38,061 nucleotides of DNA from Neocallimastix sp. 'constans' (taxonomy: Eukaryota): assembly GCA_050613775.1 (NCBI GenBank), contig JBODTK010000103.1, positions 558,001 through 596,061 of the forward strand, written 5' to 3'. The notes under the pieces were generated by a model. That model was given only the letters and a program-made list of their open reading frames with translations, searched no databases and was not told where the DNA came from. Position numbers and translations under genes: made by a program. Within the stretch, counting starts at the first letter, position 1; each line of letters opens with the position of its first letter. Of this stretch, positions 9,201 through 27,626 are shown piece after piece.

Positions 9201-11103
9201 ATCTCAACTAAATTACCCCATTTATGATAAAGAGCTTCTTGCAATTAAAGTTGCTTTGGAAGAATGGCGTCATTACCTTGAAGGTGCTCGCCATCCATTT
9301 ACTATTTATACCGATCATAAAAACCTTACTTTTCCTAGGAAGCCTGAGCTACTTTCTCAACGACAAATTCGTTGGTATGAATTTCTTTCTCGTTTCGATT
9401 TTAATCTTGTGTATCGTTCTGGTAAAAAATCTGGTAAACCAGATATTTTGTCAAGAAGAAGTGATCATTTATTTGATTGTTCTCGTGATGTTTCTTGTTG
9501 TGTTATTAATCGTAACTCATGTGACGAGTCCTTAATTAATTCTATTTTGAAATCTTTAAATAATGATGATCTTTTTAAAAAAATTAAATCATTTATTTTA
9601 AATAATAGTAATGTTAATCCACCTATTAAATTTATTGATAAGTGTAAAATTGATAAGGAAGGTTTCTTACTTTTTGATAACTTAATTTATGTCCCTCAGA
9701 ATCTTCACACAAGAGTTCTTGAAATACACCATGACTCTGTTACTGCTGGTCATTTCGGTGTACGCAAAACATTTGATTTGATTAATCGTAACTTTTGGTG
9801 GCCTAAGTTACGTAATGATGTTAAAAAGTTTGTTAAGTCCTGTGAAACTTGCTGCAAAGCTAAAGTTCCAAGACATAAACCCTACGGTCTTTTATCTCCT
9901 TTGTCTACCCCCGACAGACCATGGTCAGACATCTCCATGGATTTTATTGTTGAATTACCGAAATCCAAAGATATGACCACTGTCATGACTGTTGTAGATA
10001 GATTGACTAAAATGGCACATTTTATTCCTTTACGTTGTCTTCCTACTGCTTCAATTGCTGCCGATTCTTTTATTAACCATATCTTTAGGTTACATGGCTT
10101 TCCTGATTCCATTGTTTCGGATAGAGGTACGCAATTTACTTCTGATTTTTGGAATCGTCTTTGCGAATTATTAAACATTAAGTTGTCATTCTCCACTTCG
10201 AACCATCCGCAGACTGATGGTCAAACGGAGAGGGTGAACGGAATATTGGAACAATATCTCCGTTGTTTCATAAATGAAAAACAAAATAATTGGGTTGACT
10301 TGTTGCCTTTTGCCGAATTTGCTTATAATAATACTCTGCAACAATCAATCAGTCAATCACCATTTTTTGCAAACTATGGATTTAATCCAAAATTTAGTTT
10401 AGAAATTCCTTCTTCAGATAGTCCTCATAGAGCTGATGTTAGAGTGAAAGATATAAATGAAAATATTAAATTTTTAAAGGAAAATTTAGAGTCAGCTAAA
10501 GAAACTTATAAAAAGTATGCCGATTTCAAAAGATCATCCTCGCCAGATTTTGAAGTTGGTAAAAAAGTTTGGTTACTCAAAGGAAATACAACTAAGAATG
10601 TAAAAAGGAAATTAGCAGACCAAATGCTTGGTCCATTTGAAATTGTGAAGAAAGTTAGTTCATTAGCCTACGAACTCAAATTACCAAGTAATATGCGTTG
10701 TCACCCTGTTTTCCATGTATCTTTACTGGAACCATTTTATGAAAATGAATTTGCTAATAGAAATAATAGGAAAAGAAAGAATATTAAGTTAACTACCGAT
10801 ACCATAGATAAGATTCCTGAAAGAATTATTGATATGAGGACATATAGAGGAAAAAATCGTTTCCTCGTATCTTGGAAAGGCCTAGATTCTGTTGAAGATT
10901 CTTGGATCGATGAAGATCAAATTTACGATAGACAGCTAATTCAAGAGTACTTTCGTAAATCTAAAAGGAATAAACGAAATAATGTGGTTGATGATGGTGA
11001 TAAAGATTTTAATGAAGAATACATTAGGCATAAATATCAACCATTTATAATTGACATTCCTTCCCGGAGATTGAACTCTATAGTTCGCAGGAGCTCAACT
11101 TAA
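6220..11103 (+). CDS. Gypsy Gag-Pol polyprotein (Gag, CCHC, protease, RT, RNase H, integrase, chromodomain)
   Basis: Gag PPLFSG / YLTGKALNW; PMDVD; CFVCGKAGHLQFNC; VLIDSGS; RLCVDYRKLN, MPFGLKNAP, YIDDILIYS; ETDAS, YTDHKNL; H..GHFG..CETC, SMDFI, SDRGTQF, GQTER; GPF; chromodomain PERIIDMR...FLVSWKGL...SW. Confidence 0.98.
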   Translation: MEGQQPNQLPIHPATQLKIINDPPLFSGSTKDLDGFLTRVELAIEVNPHRFPDDRRRVMFVISYLTGKALNWASCLRRNNNPVLGNYGNFIAELRRNFGDPDVEAVIANGKLCNIRQFKYGHVVEYISEFQKISQYSDFNEPAKIYMFIKGLHYKMREKLAIVNPNPDNLENLFREAVTIENLTKRNDLREYYLTHQDRRNYNQNDPMDVDLYRIKKGQTATRYFPSHRKNYNEQNNPFREERKRKGLCFVCGKAGHLQFNCPNKKRPKNIKLINRASDTEAASTSSSAPTSSVRRIKKICENENVYRILDIVEKENMFFKGKTNILDFYIKTNNSEETKVKVLIDSGSDINCMHPEFARVNKINLINADNSFKVAGLGYGLSTVKKMTEKCILRFKNHLEVIQLYALRIPDVDIILGLPWIEKHCPINYHDSKKISFSSGYCARHCNVGKRNRKNKNKKKLNKISTKGKEPYEELSVTKEKNNPKRKYSFESDSDMDSDEEITIRGRRTRIKTCSEKEELNDVKNFCIINYDSDVNDSFMFDNDDEIYEFSDSNNINLDELNKICKIDILCNNVTKNCNHNDNFNKDENKKYISKKCSVKNLCCICNCLKISNFENKLNQKIIGIPPIYNNYAEVFNERNCNVLPPHREYDCEIRIKDNSNLFYGPIYPLTEAERDELKKYIKENLEKGFIRKSKSPAGAPVLFVKKKDGSLRLCVDYRKLNEMTIRNSYPLPLISELLDRVKGAKYFTKLDLKSAYNLVRIKEGDEYKTAFRTRYGHFEYLVMPFGLKNAPATFQHFINDVLSDYLDDFVISYIDDILIYSNSLEEHHEHVKKVLKKLLENNLYIKLEKCEFDVTETTFLGYILSKDGLKVDPEKVKAILDWPVPSNVKEIQSFIGLCNYYRIFIKDFAKIARPLHKLTRKNVPFLWGSDQQKSFDKLKELFTSAPILRNPDSNKPFIVETDASNFAVGAILSQEFDGQLHPIAFISTSLTKSQLNYPIYDKELLAIKVALEEWRHYLEGARHPFTIYTDHKNLTFPRKPELLSQRQIRWYEFLSRFDFNLVYRSGKKSGKPDILSRRSDHLFDCSRDVSCCVINRNSCDESLINSILKSLNNDDLFKKIKSFILNNSNVNPPIKFIDKCKIDKEGFLLFDNLIYVPQNLHTRVLEIHHDSVTAGHFGVRKTFDLINRNFWWPKLRNDVKKFVKSCETCCKAKVPRHKPYGLLSPLSTPDRPWSDISMDFIVELPKSKDMTTVMTVVDRLTKMAHFIPLRCLPTASIAADSFINHIFRLHGFPDSIVSDRGTQFTSDFWNRLCELLNIKLSFSTSNHPQTDGQTERVNGILEQYLRCFINEKQNNWVDLLPFAEFAYNNTLQQSISQSPFFANYGFNPKFSLEIPSSDSPHRADVRVKDINENIKFLKENLESAKETYKKYADFKRSSSPDFEVGKKVWLLKGNTTKNVKRKLADQMLGPFEIVKKVSSLAYELKLPSNMRCHPVFHVSLLEPFYENEFANRNNRKRKNIKLTTDTIDKIPERIIDMRTYRGKNRFLVSWKGLDSVEDSWIDEDQIYDRQLIQEYFRKSKRNKRNNVVDDGDKDFNEEYIRHKYQPFIIDIPSRRLNSIVRRSST

Positions 11104-11113
11104 AGGGCGAGAA
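11102..11113 (+). promoter_or_regulatory. Gypsy polypurine tract
   Basis: AAAGGGCGAGAA directly before the 3' LTR TG. Confidence 0.85.
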
Positions 11114-11881
11114 TGTAAAGATTTAATAAAATCTTTAATAAATTAATTATTACATAATTAATTAATGTAATAAAATTACATAAATTTATGATTTACGTAT
11201 ATGAAAATTAATTATAAATTTATGTAAACTTTTCATAAAGGAAAAATTATTATTTAAATAATTTTGGATAATAACTTAAATCTAAATAATTTATTTAAGT
11301 TAGTTAATTTAGTTTAGTTTATTTAAAATAGTTATTCTATTTAACTTAGTTAATTTAGTTTAGTTAGTTTAAAATACTTTAAAATTAATTTCGGAATAGT
11401 TTTAAATAGTTAAAATTAGTTTAAATAGTTTACAAAAATAGTTTTGAATTGTAAATATATAAACATTAGTATTAATAATATTTATATAATAAATATATAA
11501 TAAATGAGTTGTTATTGAATTTAATTATTATTGTAAATAAGTTGAAAGTTTATTAAATTAATTATTGTTTAGTTTAGTTAATTATTATTTAATAAAATTA
11601 TTAATAAATATTTTGTTTATAACTAAATAGTAATATATGTAAATTAGATAGAAATAATATATTATAATGTAATAATGAAAAAATATAAATACATGTAAAT
11701 TTCTATAATTAAATCGATGTATTAGTTATTGACTATATGATAGTTAATAACAAAAAAGAGATTTAATTTTTTTAATTAATAAAGATTATTTTATTTAAAA
11801 AAACGAATTTTTATTACGTGTTTTTTTATTTTTGTGTTAAAATTTGTTATTTGTAATCTGTTTCTGATAGAACTTTTTACA
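11114..11881 (+). repeat. Gypsy 3' LTR (768 bp)
   Basis: Repeat of 4644-5411, followed by the CAGTA TSD. Confidence 0.97.
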
Positions 11882-12984
11882 CAGTATCAAAGGTCCAAAT
11901 CGTTGTATCTTCTGAAGAATTTAATACTAAAGAAATGCATTTATTTTCGTAGTTTTCTTTAGTGTTCTTTTTTTCTTCTAATGGCTCAAAGCTGTCTAAA
12001 TTTTTATCATACATGGTCCTAAGTTCTTCTAAGGAAAGTTCTTCATCAGAATTTCGTTCTTCATATTCGACGTTTGCAATTGATTTTTGGTGGCTATTTT
12101 TACCTTTCCTTTTATTGATTTTAGTTTTCTTTTTGTTTGATTGCTTCTTGCCTTTTTGAGTCGATCCGTTCTTGTTTTTGTTGATAAGGTTAAATCTACA
12201 TTCATCGGTAGTATGTCCAAACATTTTGCACAGGTAACAATTTTGGCTCCGGACTTGGTCTGGTTTTATTATTTTTTGAACCGCTTGACTCAATGTTATC
12301 AATATCCATGAAGTCACCTTTATCTGTGACGCTTCTATCGAAATTGATAGCACTATGCAGGAAAATGTGAAAATTAATCTTGTTGATTGACTCTTCGAGG
12401 AAGTCATCAACTGTTTCTGTTCCACTAGGATGAATAAGGTCTCTTAAAACTTTTGGATAAGACAAATATAAAACCCTGATCTTTTCCCAAGTTCCGAGTC
12501 TGATATTGTTCTTATCCATTACTTCAAAGATTTCTTTAATTTGATTAATGATATCCTTGCATTCCGAAAGATTTTTGGCTTTTAAAGAATATAACTTCTT
12601 CAACCAGTAGTTGAGATCAGCAGTTTTCTTTTTTCCATATAAGACCTATAATTTTTCCATAATATCATAGGCGGTGGTAAGATATCTTATGTAACTCAAA
12701 ACTTCTTGACTTACATTTTTACTGATAATGGTACTGGCTAAGGTATCTTGAGTTTCAGCTTCTTTGATATCCTTTTCCAAGTCCTTGATAGCTTTGACGG
12801 TTTCGTCGGATTTGGGTTTTCCCTTTTCCTCCTTAAGCTTATCATTTAATTTACCGATTACATTCTCATTTACATACTGTAAAATTTTTAAAGATTTGAG
12901 AATGTTTTTAATAAGGAATTCCAAGTTTTAGAAGTTATCCTTATTGAGAATATCTTCAGTTCTTAATTTAGTTTCGTTAGACAT
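11882..12984 (-). pseudogene. Copia gag plus N-terminal protease, disrupted
   Basis: ATG at 12984 (MSNETKLRTEDILNKDNF). In-frame TAA at 12930-12928 and TAG at 12648-12646. Frameshift near 12240-12290, just before the zinc knuckle CYLCKMFGHTTDEC. Ends at IWTFDT at the gypsy junction. Confidence 0.88.
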
Positions 12985-13004
12985 GTCGTAGATAGTATAA
13001 GCGG

Positions 13005-13020
13005 ATGAGACTCTTAATCT
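13005..13020 (-). promoter_or_regulatory. Copia PBS complementary to the tRNA-Lys(CUU) anticodon arm
   Basis: Minus strand AGATTAAGAGTCTCAT starts 2 nt after the 5' LTR. The plus strand, ATGAGACTCTTAATCT, reads as the anticodon 5' stem plus the CT-CTT-AA loop of eukaryotic tRNA-Lys(CUU). Confidence 0.8.
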
Positions 13021-13022
13021 TT

Positions 13023-13281
13023 TGTTTATAAAATATTTTATTGATTAAAGTTTATTTATTTTAATATGAGTAATTACTTGATTTTTAAAATTTATGAGAT
13101 TACATTTGTATTTATACTATTTGTGGCTTAATAAAAATATAACGAGAAATTATTACATAATATATTTCATTGTATTAGCTTAACAACGAGTTCGTTGTAT
13201 TATAAAAATATCTTTTAATTTATTTAATACATATAAATTATTTTAATATAAATTTAATATATTTTTCTTTGTATTCTAACA
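13023..13281 (-). repeat. Copia 5' LTR (259 bp)
   Basis: Direct repeat of 835-1093, adjacent to the PBS and the gag ATG. Confidence 0.95.
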
Positions 13282-13282
13282 T

Positions 13283-13377
<95 letters not shown>
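13282..13377. repeat. (TTTA)n microsatellite at the copia insertion site
   Basis: Near-perfect TTTA run of ~95 bp directly flanking the LTR. Confidence 0.9.
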
Positions 13378-13804
13378 CTAAGTTAAATTAATAGCCAATA
13401 AAATTATTTGAATTTAAATTAAAAAGGATAAAATAATACCATATAAAAAAAATGTGAAGGAGAAATTAATTAAAAAATTTTAGAATTATGATCAATTTTA
13501 GAGTAATATGAAATTAATCACAATTTAGATCACATTTTACAAAATTTAGAAATTAAAAATAATTAATAAAAATTCTATTTATTCACAAATTTTGTTGATA
13601 TCAAATATTTATCAATAATCTAAGTTATATTCTTATAATAATATAAAATTTTGTTTGCATTTGCCCACTTTAGATTTCGTTACAATCATTATTACACAAG
13701 AAATATCTTTTTTTTTTTTTTTTTAATATTGCTTTTTTTTTTTTTCATTGTAATATTTTTCATAAATGTCGTTTAGATTATAGCCTTCGAGATTACTACA
13801 TTGG

Positions 13805-13849
<45 letters not shown>

Positions 13850-14164
13850 TTTTTTCTTTAGAGACAAAGGATATTTTTTCACCTTTCACATTTTTTTTTT
13901 TCTAGAATAAAAATTCTAAGGTTTCTAATTTTTTCTCTGGTAGCCTTTATAATAGGATTTTAAAATATGACTGATAATATTCTAAATAATGAGATAATTA
14001 GTATAAAAAATATATTTCAAATGTAAACAATAGTTAACATGTTTGCTACAAAATGAAAAATCTGTCATAACAAAAAAAAACGTTTAATGGAATTATTTTT
14101 AGATAAAACAAATAAAAAAACTATAAACTGGATAAATTATTAGAAAAGTTTGAACGAAATCAAC

Positions 14165-14197
<33 letters not shown>

Positions 14198-14464
14198 GCT
14201 TTATCTAGAAGATTATTAAAAATAATTTATCTAATAAGAATTTTGATTCTATTAATAATAATAAAAATTTTTAAAAGTATATAAAAATAATTATTAAATT
14301 TAACAATATTTTTTTTTTTTTTTTTAAAAAAAATATATGTTAAACTTTGCTGATTTTAATTTTGAAAAAATAATGTCAATAATAATAAAAATATTTTGAG
14401 GAAAAGGTTTACAATACTTCGTTTAGAAAATTAATATTTTTTAATTTACAATTTAATTTATATT

Positions 14465-14516
<52 letters not shown>

Positions 14517-14600
14517 TACAACTTTTAATATAATTTTAAATATTAAATAGTATATTGTAATATAAAGTTTATTTTGTTTATGATAATAATTTATAGTTTT

Positions 14601-14650
<50 letters not shown>

Positions 14651-14991
14651 CATTTTCTATAATGCCTCTTTAATATATAATTAAACCTAATAATTAATGT
14701 ATTGACATATGTATAACCCATTAAATGTATTTTATATGTATAAATATTATTAAATTTTGTATTATTAAAAAAATTAGCCTTTTTACTTCAAATAAATAAA
14801 ATTAGTAAATAAATAAAACATTGAGATTTTTAGCAAATATAATAAATATAAATATATTTTTTTATATATTTAATTATTTAAAATTGGATTAAATTTGAAT
14901 ATAAAATTATAAAATTTGATTTTATATTTTTTTTCCAAGGTTAAAAGGCTTGGAATTATAATTATTTATTATTATTATTATTTTTCTACGA

Positions 14992-20023
<5,032 letters not shown>

Positions 20024-20987
20024 TATTTAAATTAATATTTTATAAAATTGAATTGATATATTTCTTTTTATTTTTTATTTTTTTACTTATTAAATTGTTA
20101 ATATATTAATAAATTGATAAATAAATAAATAAAAGTATATAAATGAATGATAAATGAGTGATTGAATTAATAAAATATATTTAACCATACTACTTTATAA
20201 TAAAATTATGGTTTATTTACATATAATTTAATATTTTATCAATAATATGGATCATTTATTTTATTTTTTTTTTATTTTATTAAAAGTATATCAAATATAT
20301 TTATAATTCAATGATTTAAATATTAAACTAATGTAATTAATAAAATTATTAAAAGATATTAATATATATTTTAAATAAAAAATTTAACTAATTATAATTT
20401 ATTACATGTAAAATATAAGAAAAAGGACTTAATAATTTATTGTTTTTATATTTCATTTTTAAATTTTTAAAAAAAATATATATTTATATATAATTATATT
20501 TTATATTTTATATCAAAATATATTTATATATATTTTTTTAATTTTTAATTTTAATTTTATTGTTATTAAAATATTCCAAATAATAATTTAATAAAAAAAA
20601 AGCTTTTTTTTATAGGATTTATATATTTTTTATTTAAGTAGTAACATAAAATCATCATTAAATAATATAGTAACTGGAGGTAAAACTAAATAATTAATTT
20701 ATATATCAAAAATATTATTAATTGAAATAAATGATATTTCTTATTTTATCAACTTTCAATTAAAAAATAAAAAAAAAAATAAAAAAATAAAAAAAATAAA
20801 AAAAAGAAGAAGAAGAAAGAATATTGACGTGTTTAAATAGATTTATTAAAAACATAAATTTTATTATTTTTGAATAAAGATTTTTATTTTTAAATATTTT
20901 AAATTAATTTCATAAAAAGTTAGAAGATACAATAATAAATATTACACAAAATAAAATAAAATAAAAACAAACAATCAAACAAACAAA

Positions 20988-21044
<57 letters not shown>

Positions 21045-21154
21045 ATTAAAAATAAACTAAATATACTCCAATATTGGAAATATTAATATGATTTGATTTT
21101 TAATTATTATCTTTTTGTTTCATTTTTGTTTTTTATTACTTTTTAAAATAATAA

Positions 21155-21209
<55 letters not shown>

Positions 21210-21300
21210 GAAAATATAATAAATATAGACATATAAATATATTTTATTTTATAAATAAAGTAAAATTATATTAATACTAATATTTCCATTTTCATTATAG

Positions 21301-22085
21301 ATGTTTCGTAAAAATAATGATTCAGGATCAAAATCTGATCGTAGAATAGTTTTCAATGCTTCTAATAATAAATCAAGACCAACTAAGCTTAATGATCGGT
21401 ATGAATATTCAATATTTAAATAACAATAACACAAAAAAATCAAATAAAAAAATAGAAAAGAAAAGAAAATAGAATAAATTACAATTAAATCAATTATATT
21501 AATGAAAATTTTCCTATTTATTTAAAAAAAAAATGATATAATAGTTTCAAGGAAATTGAAGAAAATAGAAAAGCACGTCAATCCTCTGATAGATTTTCTG
21601 TGGTTATGAAGAGACGCACTGGTCAAAGACCAAAGGTTAGTCTTATGCAAGAATTCAATTCAAAGAATAAGAGTATAAGGAGAAAGCGTTCTGGTGCATC
21701 TATTAGAGATTCTATATCTAAACGTTTAGGAAGTGGAAAAAATGTGCCAATTTCTGCTAGACTTGGAAATATTGATATTAAAAAAAGATTGAATATGAAA
21801 ACAGCTTCTAACAGAAATGGTAGAAATCAAAGAAACAGAAGAAGTAACAGTATCCGCGGTGGTCGTGGACGAGGCAGAGGTGGTCGTAATGGTGGAAGTA
21901 AACGTCCACTTGATAAAAATGCTTTAGATAAGGAATTAGATAATTATATGTTCCAAAATAAGGATGTTGCTCAATCTAATTTGGATGCTGAATTAGATGT
22001 ATATATGAAGGATAGAAATGATGGAAAAAATTCACCTTCAGCTGATAAAAAGGATGATTCACAAACACAAGCTATGGAACAATAA
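21301..22085 (+). CDS. CHTOP/FoP-like RGG protein with duplicated C-terminal UAP56-binding-type motif, 2 exons
   Basis: Exons 21301-21398 and 21545-22085 (GT-AG) give KLNDRF, similar to the CHTOP N-terminal SLNERF. RGG tract RGGRGRGRGGR. LDKELDNYM...LDAELDVYM duplication. Confidence 0.8.
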
Positions 22086-22796
22086 ATAATTTAATAATGA
22101 TTTATTATGAAATCATAAAACAAATGTATAACACTTTAATTATATAACTATATTTATATTAGAATTATTAATTATTATAATTATTAAAAAAAAAAAAAAA
22201 AAAAAAAATAAACGAAAAATCAAAAATTAAAATAAAAATAGGACAGAAATTAAAAGAAAAAGAAAAGGAAGATAATACTCTAAAATAATTAATATTTAAC
22301 TGTTATTTCAAAATTTTTAATTAAAAATAAAGCAAAATATAAAAATTAAATAATTAATACATAGGTACTTTGTAATATGTTAATATATATATTTTTTAAT
22401 TTTGCTTTATTTTTAAATGACTAATAAAATTATAATTTTTAAAATTATTTTTTTAACTAATTAATCAATAAATCAATTATAAATTTTAATTTAATGTGCA
22501 TCAATGAATTTTTTATTTATTCATATTTCAACATCAGTGTTAATTGTATTATATAAAATTTTCATATTTATTATGAAGTTTTATTATTATTTTTCTTTTT
22601 TTTTTTCCATATAATTTTATACTTCTTTCATGTTTTTGTTAAATTTCGTTTTTAAATATTTGTATTGCTACTTTAACAATAGTAATAGATAATTTGTTAT
22701 ATAATATAAAAATATTATTTTATTATACGTAACAATTTTTATGAATTTTTTTTTTTTTTTTTTTTTTAGTAAATAAATTTAGTAATTTATTTTAAT

Positions 22797-25452
<2,656 letters not shown>

Positions 25453-27626
25453 TTTTTTTTTTTTATTTTTTTTTTTTTTTTTTTTTTTTTGATATCAAAA
25501 TAAATAAATTTTTTTTAAAATAAAAGATATATATTTTTATTTTTATATATTTTAATTTAATTCAGTCTAATACTGCTGCTCAATATTTTTGGTTACAATT
25601 CTAAAACCTAATCCATTATTACAAATTACTATCAAATTTTCTAATAATATTTTCAAATAATTTACATCAAATAAAAAAAAAAAAAAACGTTTGTATTATT
25701 ACTAATTTAAATATCTTTTATAATTATTATTAATTTCAATAATACTAATAATAATAATAATAAGAAGAAGAAGAAGAAGAATGATAATAATAATAATAAT
25801 AATAATTCGTATGGTCTCAAATTTATATCTTCGGTTTTACAATTATATTTATCTTAAAGCAATCATTTTCATAAGTTTAATTGGTATATTTAAAATGAAT
25901 TATATTTTTTCTTTTTTAGTTAAAATTTAAAAATTTATAAATTGTGTTATGTTAATCAAACTTTTCTATTTAATAGAATAAAATAAATTAGTACATTTAA
26001 AATTTTTATTTTTAATTATTTTTTTATTAATTAAAGTAAAATATATATTTAAATACATATTTTTTTTTTAAATACAAAAAATAGATATTAAAGTAAAATG
26101 CTTTTAAAGTATCTATTATTAATGTTAGAACTATTTTTTATATATATATTTTCAAATTTCATTAGTTAAAAATATAATTTATTTCAAAGAATACATTCAT
26201 TTGTACATTTTTAGCAATTAGCAGAACCTTTTTGAGAAGTAATTTTGAAAAAACTGACAGTTTTCCATCCTGCTTTAATAGAAGTGCCTGAAAGTGTTAC
26301 TGTGTATTAAATTCCATTATTAATAAATTTAAATTTAAAAATATATATATTTAATTATAAAAATATATATATCATTTTGAAATATGTCATTTAAATAATA
26401 CTAATTACTAGTAATAATAATAACAATATGGATAATTTTTGACAAAAAATAAAATTGATTTAATCGTTGAAAGCTAAATTGTTATTACGATGAAGATGAA
26501 TAGAATATATAAATATTATAAAATTTTTTTGAAGAGATTTTCAATATATATTCTATTATGAATAGCTAAATAATGAATATTAATTGTATTAGATATACAG
26601 TAGCAAAAAAATTACTGCCCCAAAACTACACATTAAAGTATAATTATTATATTATTATTAGATATTAGATATTAGATGTATCGTTTTATTATTATTATGA
26701 TATTGATATAATTAGGATTCTTATTTTTATATTTATATAAATTCTATGAAACAGTTAAAAAATTAGATAGGTATTATGTTAATTGTTCTTTTAGTTATTA
26801 ATACGTTTACAAAAGTATCTTATGGATTATGTAATAATTTATTAGTATACTTTTTTTTTTATTTTTTATTTTTTTTATTTTTAATATAAAAAACAATTTT
26901 AATATAATTAAAATAGTGATTATACACAAATAATATTCTATATATTATTACTATATTGTAAGAGTCTGGAATATTTCAAACTAAAAAAAAAAAAAAAATT
27001 AAAATTAATACAATTTTTAAAGGATATATTTAGAAGAATATAATAAGGTTAAAAAAAAATACAACGAAAAACTCTAATGATGGTAATGAAGAATATTCGA
27101 GTATAGATGAAGCAAATATTAATGTTATAACTTCTTCTATTAATGGACTAAAAATTAATGAAATTAGATAAAACACCATTATGGTAATCATATATATATT
27201 TAAATGAAAATTACATTTAAAATTTTGGAATATGTATTGGAATTAAATATTTGGAAAATTTTTTAAAAAATTTTTTTTATATATTGAAATATTAATAAAA
27301 CTGAAAATCGATAAAATAAATAGATAAATAAATAAATAAATAAATAAATAAATATTTAAATATACATTTAATAAATATATATAATAAAGTTTATTATATT
27401 TTTATTAATTATAATTTATTTTTATTTTGGAGGTATATAATAGTTTATATTAACTAATATAGAAAAAATTTTATAAATAAATGTTAAATATTTAAAATAT
27501 ATAATAAATTTTGAATTTAAATAAAGTAAAAAAAAAAGAAAAAAATACAAAAGTTCGACTGTTTGTTGTATTATAAAAATTATTTTATTATTTATTTGAT
27601 ATTTATTATATTTAATGATTTAATGC

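Larger units (their letters stand above)
4644..11881 (+). mobile_element. Full-length Ty3/gypsy chromovirus (Tf1/sushi-like), apparently intact
   Basis: 768-bp TG...CA LTRs (4644-5411, 11114-11881) with one mismatch seen (A4727/G11197). CAGTA TSD at 4639-4643 and 11882-11886. PPT at 11102-11113. One uninterrupted 1627-aa ORF. Confidence 0.98.
835..13281 (-). mobile_element. Ty1/copia LTR retrotransposon, interrupted by a nested gypsy element
   Basis: Two 259-bp TG...CA LTRs (835-1093, 13023-13281) with 2 mismatches. PPT at 1094-1103. Domain order gag-CCHC-PR-IN-RT-RH on the minus strand. TSD not resolvable because the flanks are T/TTTA runs (ATTTT vs TTTAT). Confidence 0.96.

Noticed and set aside
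6469..10196. Short alternate-frame or antisense ORFs within gypsy gag-pol
   Set aside because: Overlap the polyprotein and lack independent motifs.
12985..13022. tRNA-Lys gene
   Set aside because: Only the anticodon-arm segment is present, with no T-arm or acceptor stem; its position next to the LTR identifies it as a PBS.
830..13286. Copia target-site duplication
   Set aside because: The 5-bp flanks (ATTTT vs TTTAT) do not match and sit in slippage-prone T/TTTA runs, so no TSD is claimed.
27019..27028. Another ATATCCTTT (minus strand; also near 13866-13874)
   Set aside because: Not at an exon boundary of any supported gene; such 9-mers occur by chance in AT-rich DNA.
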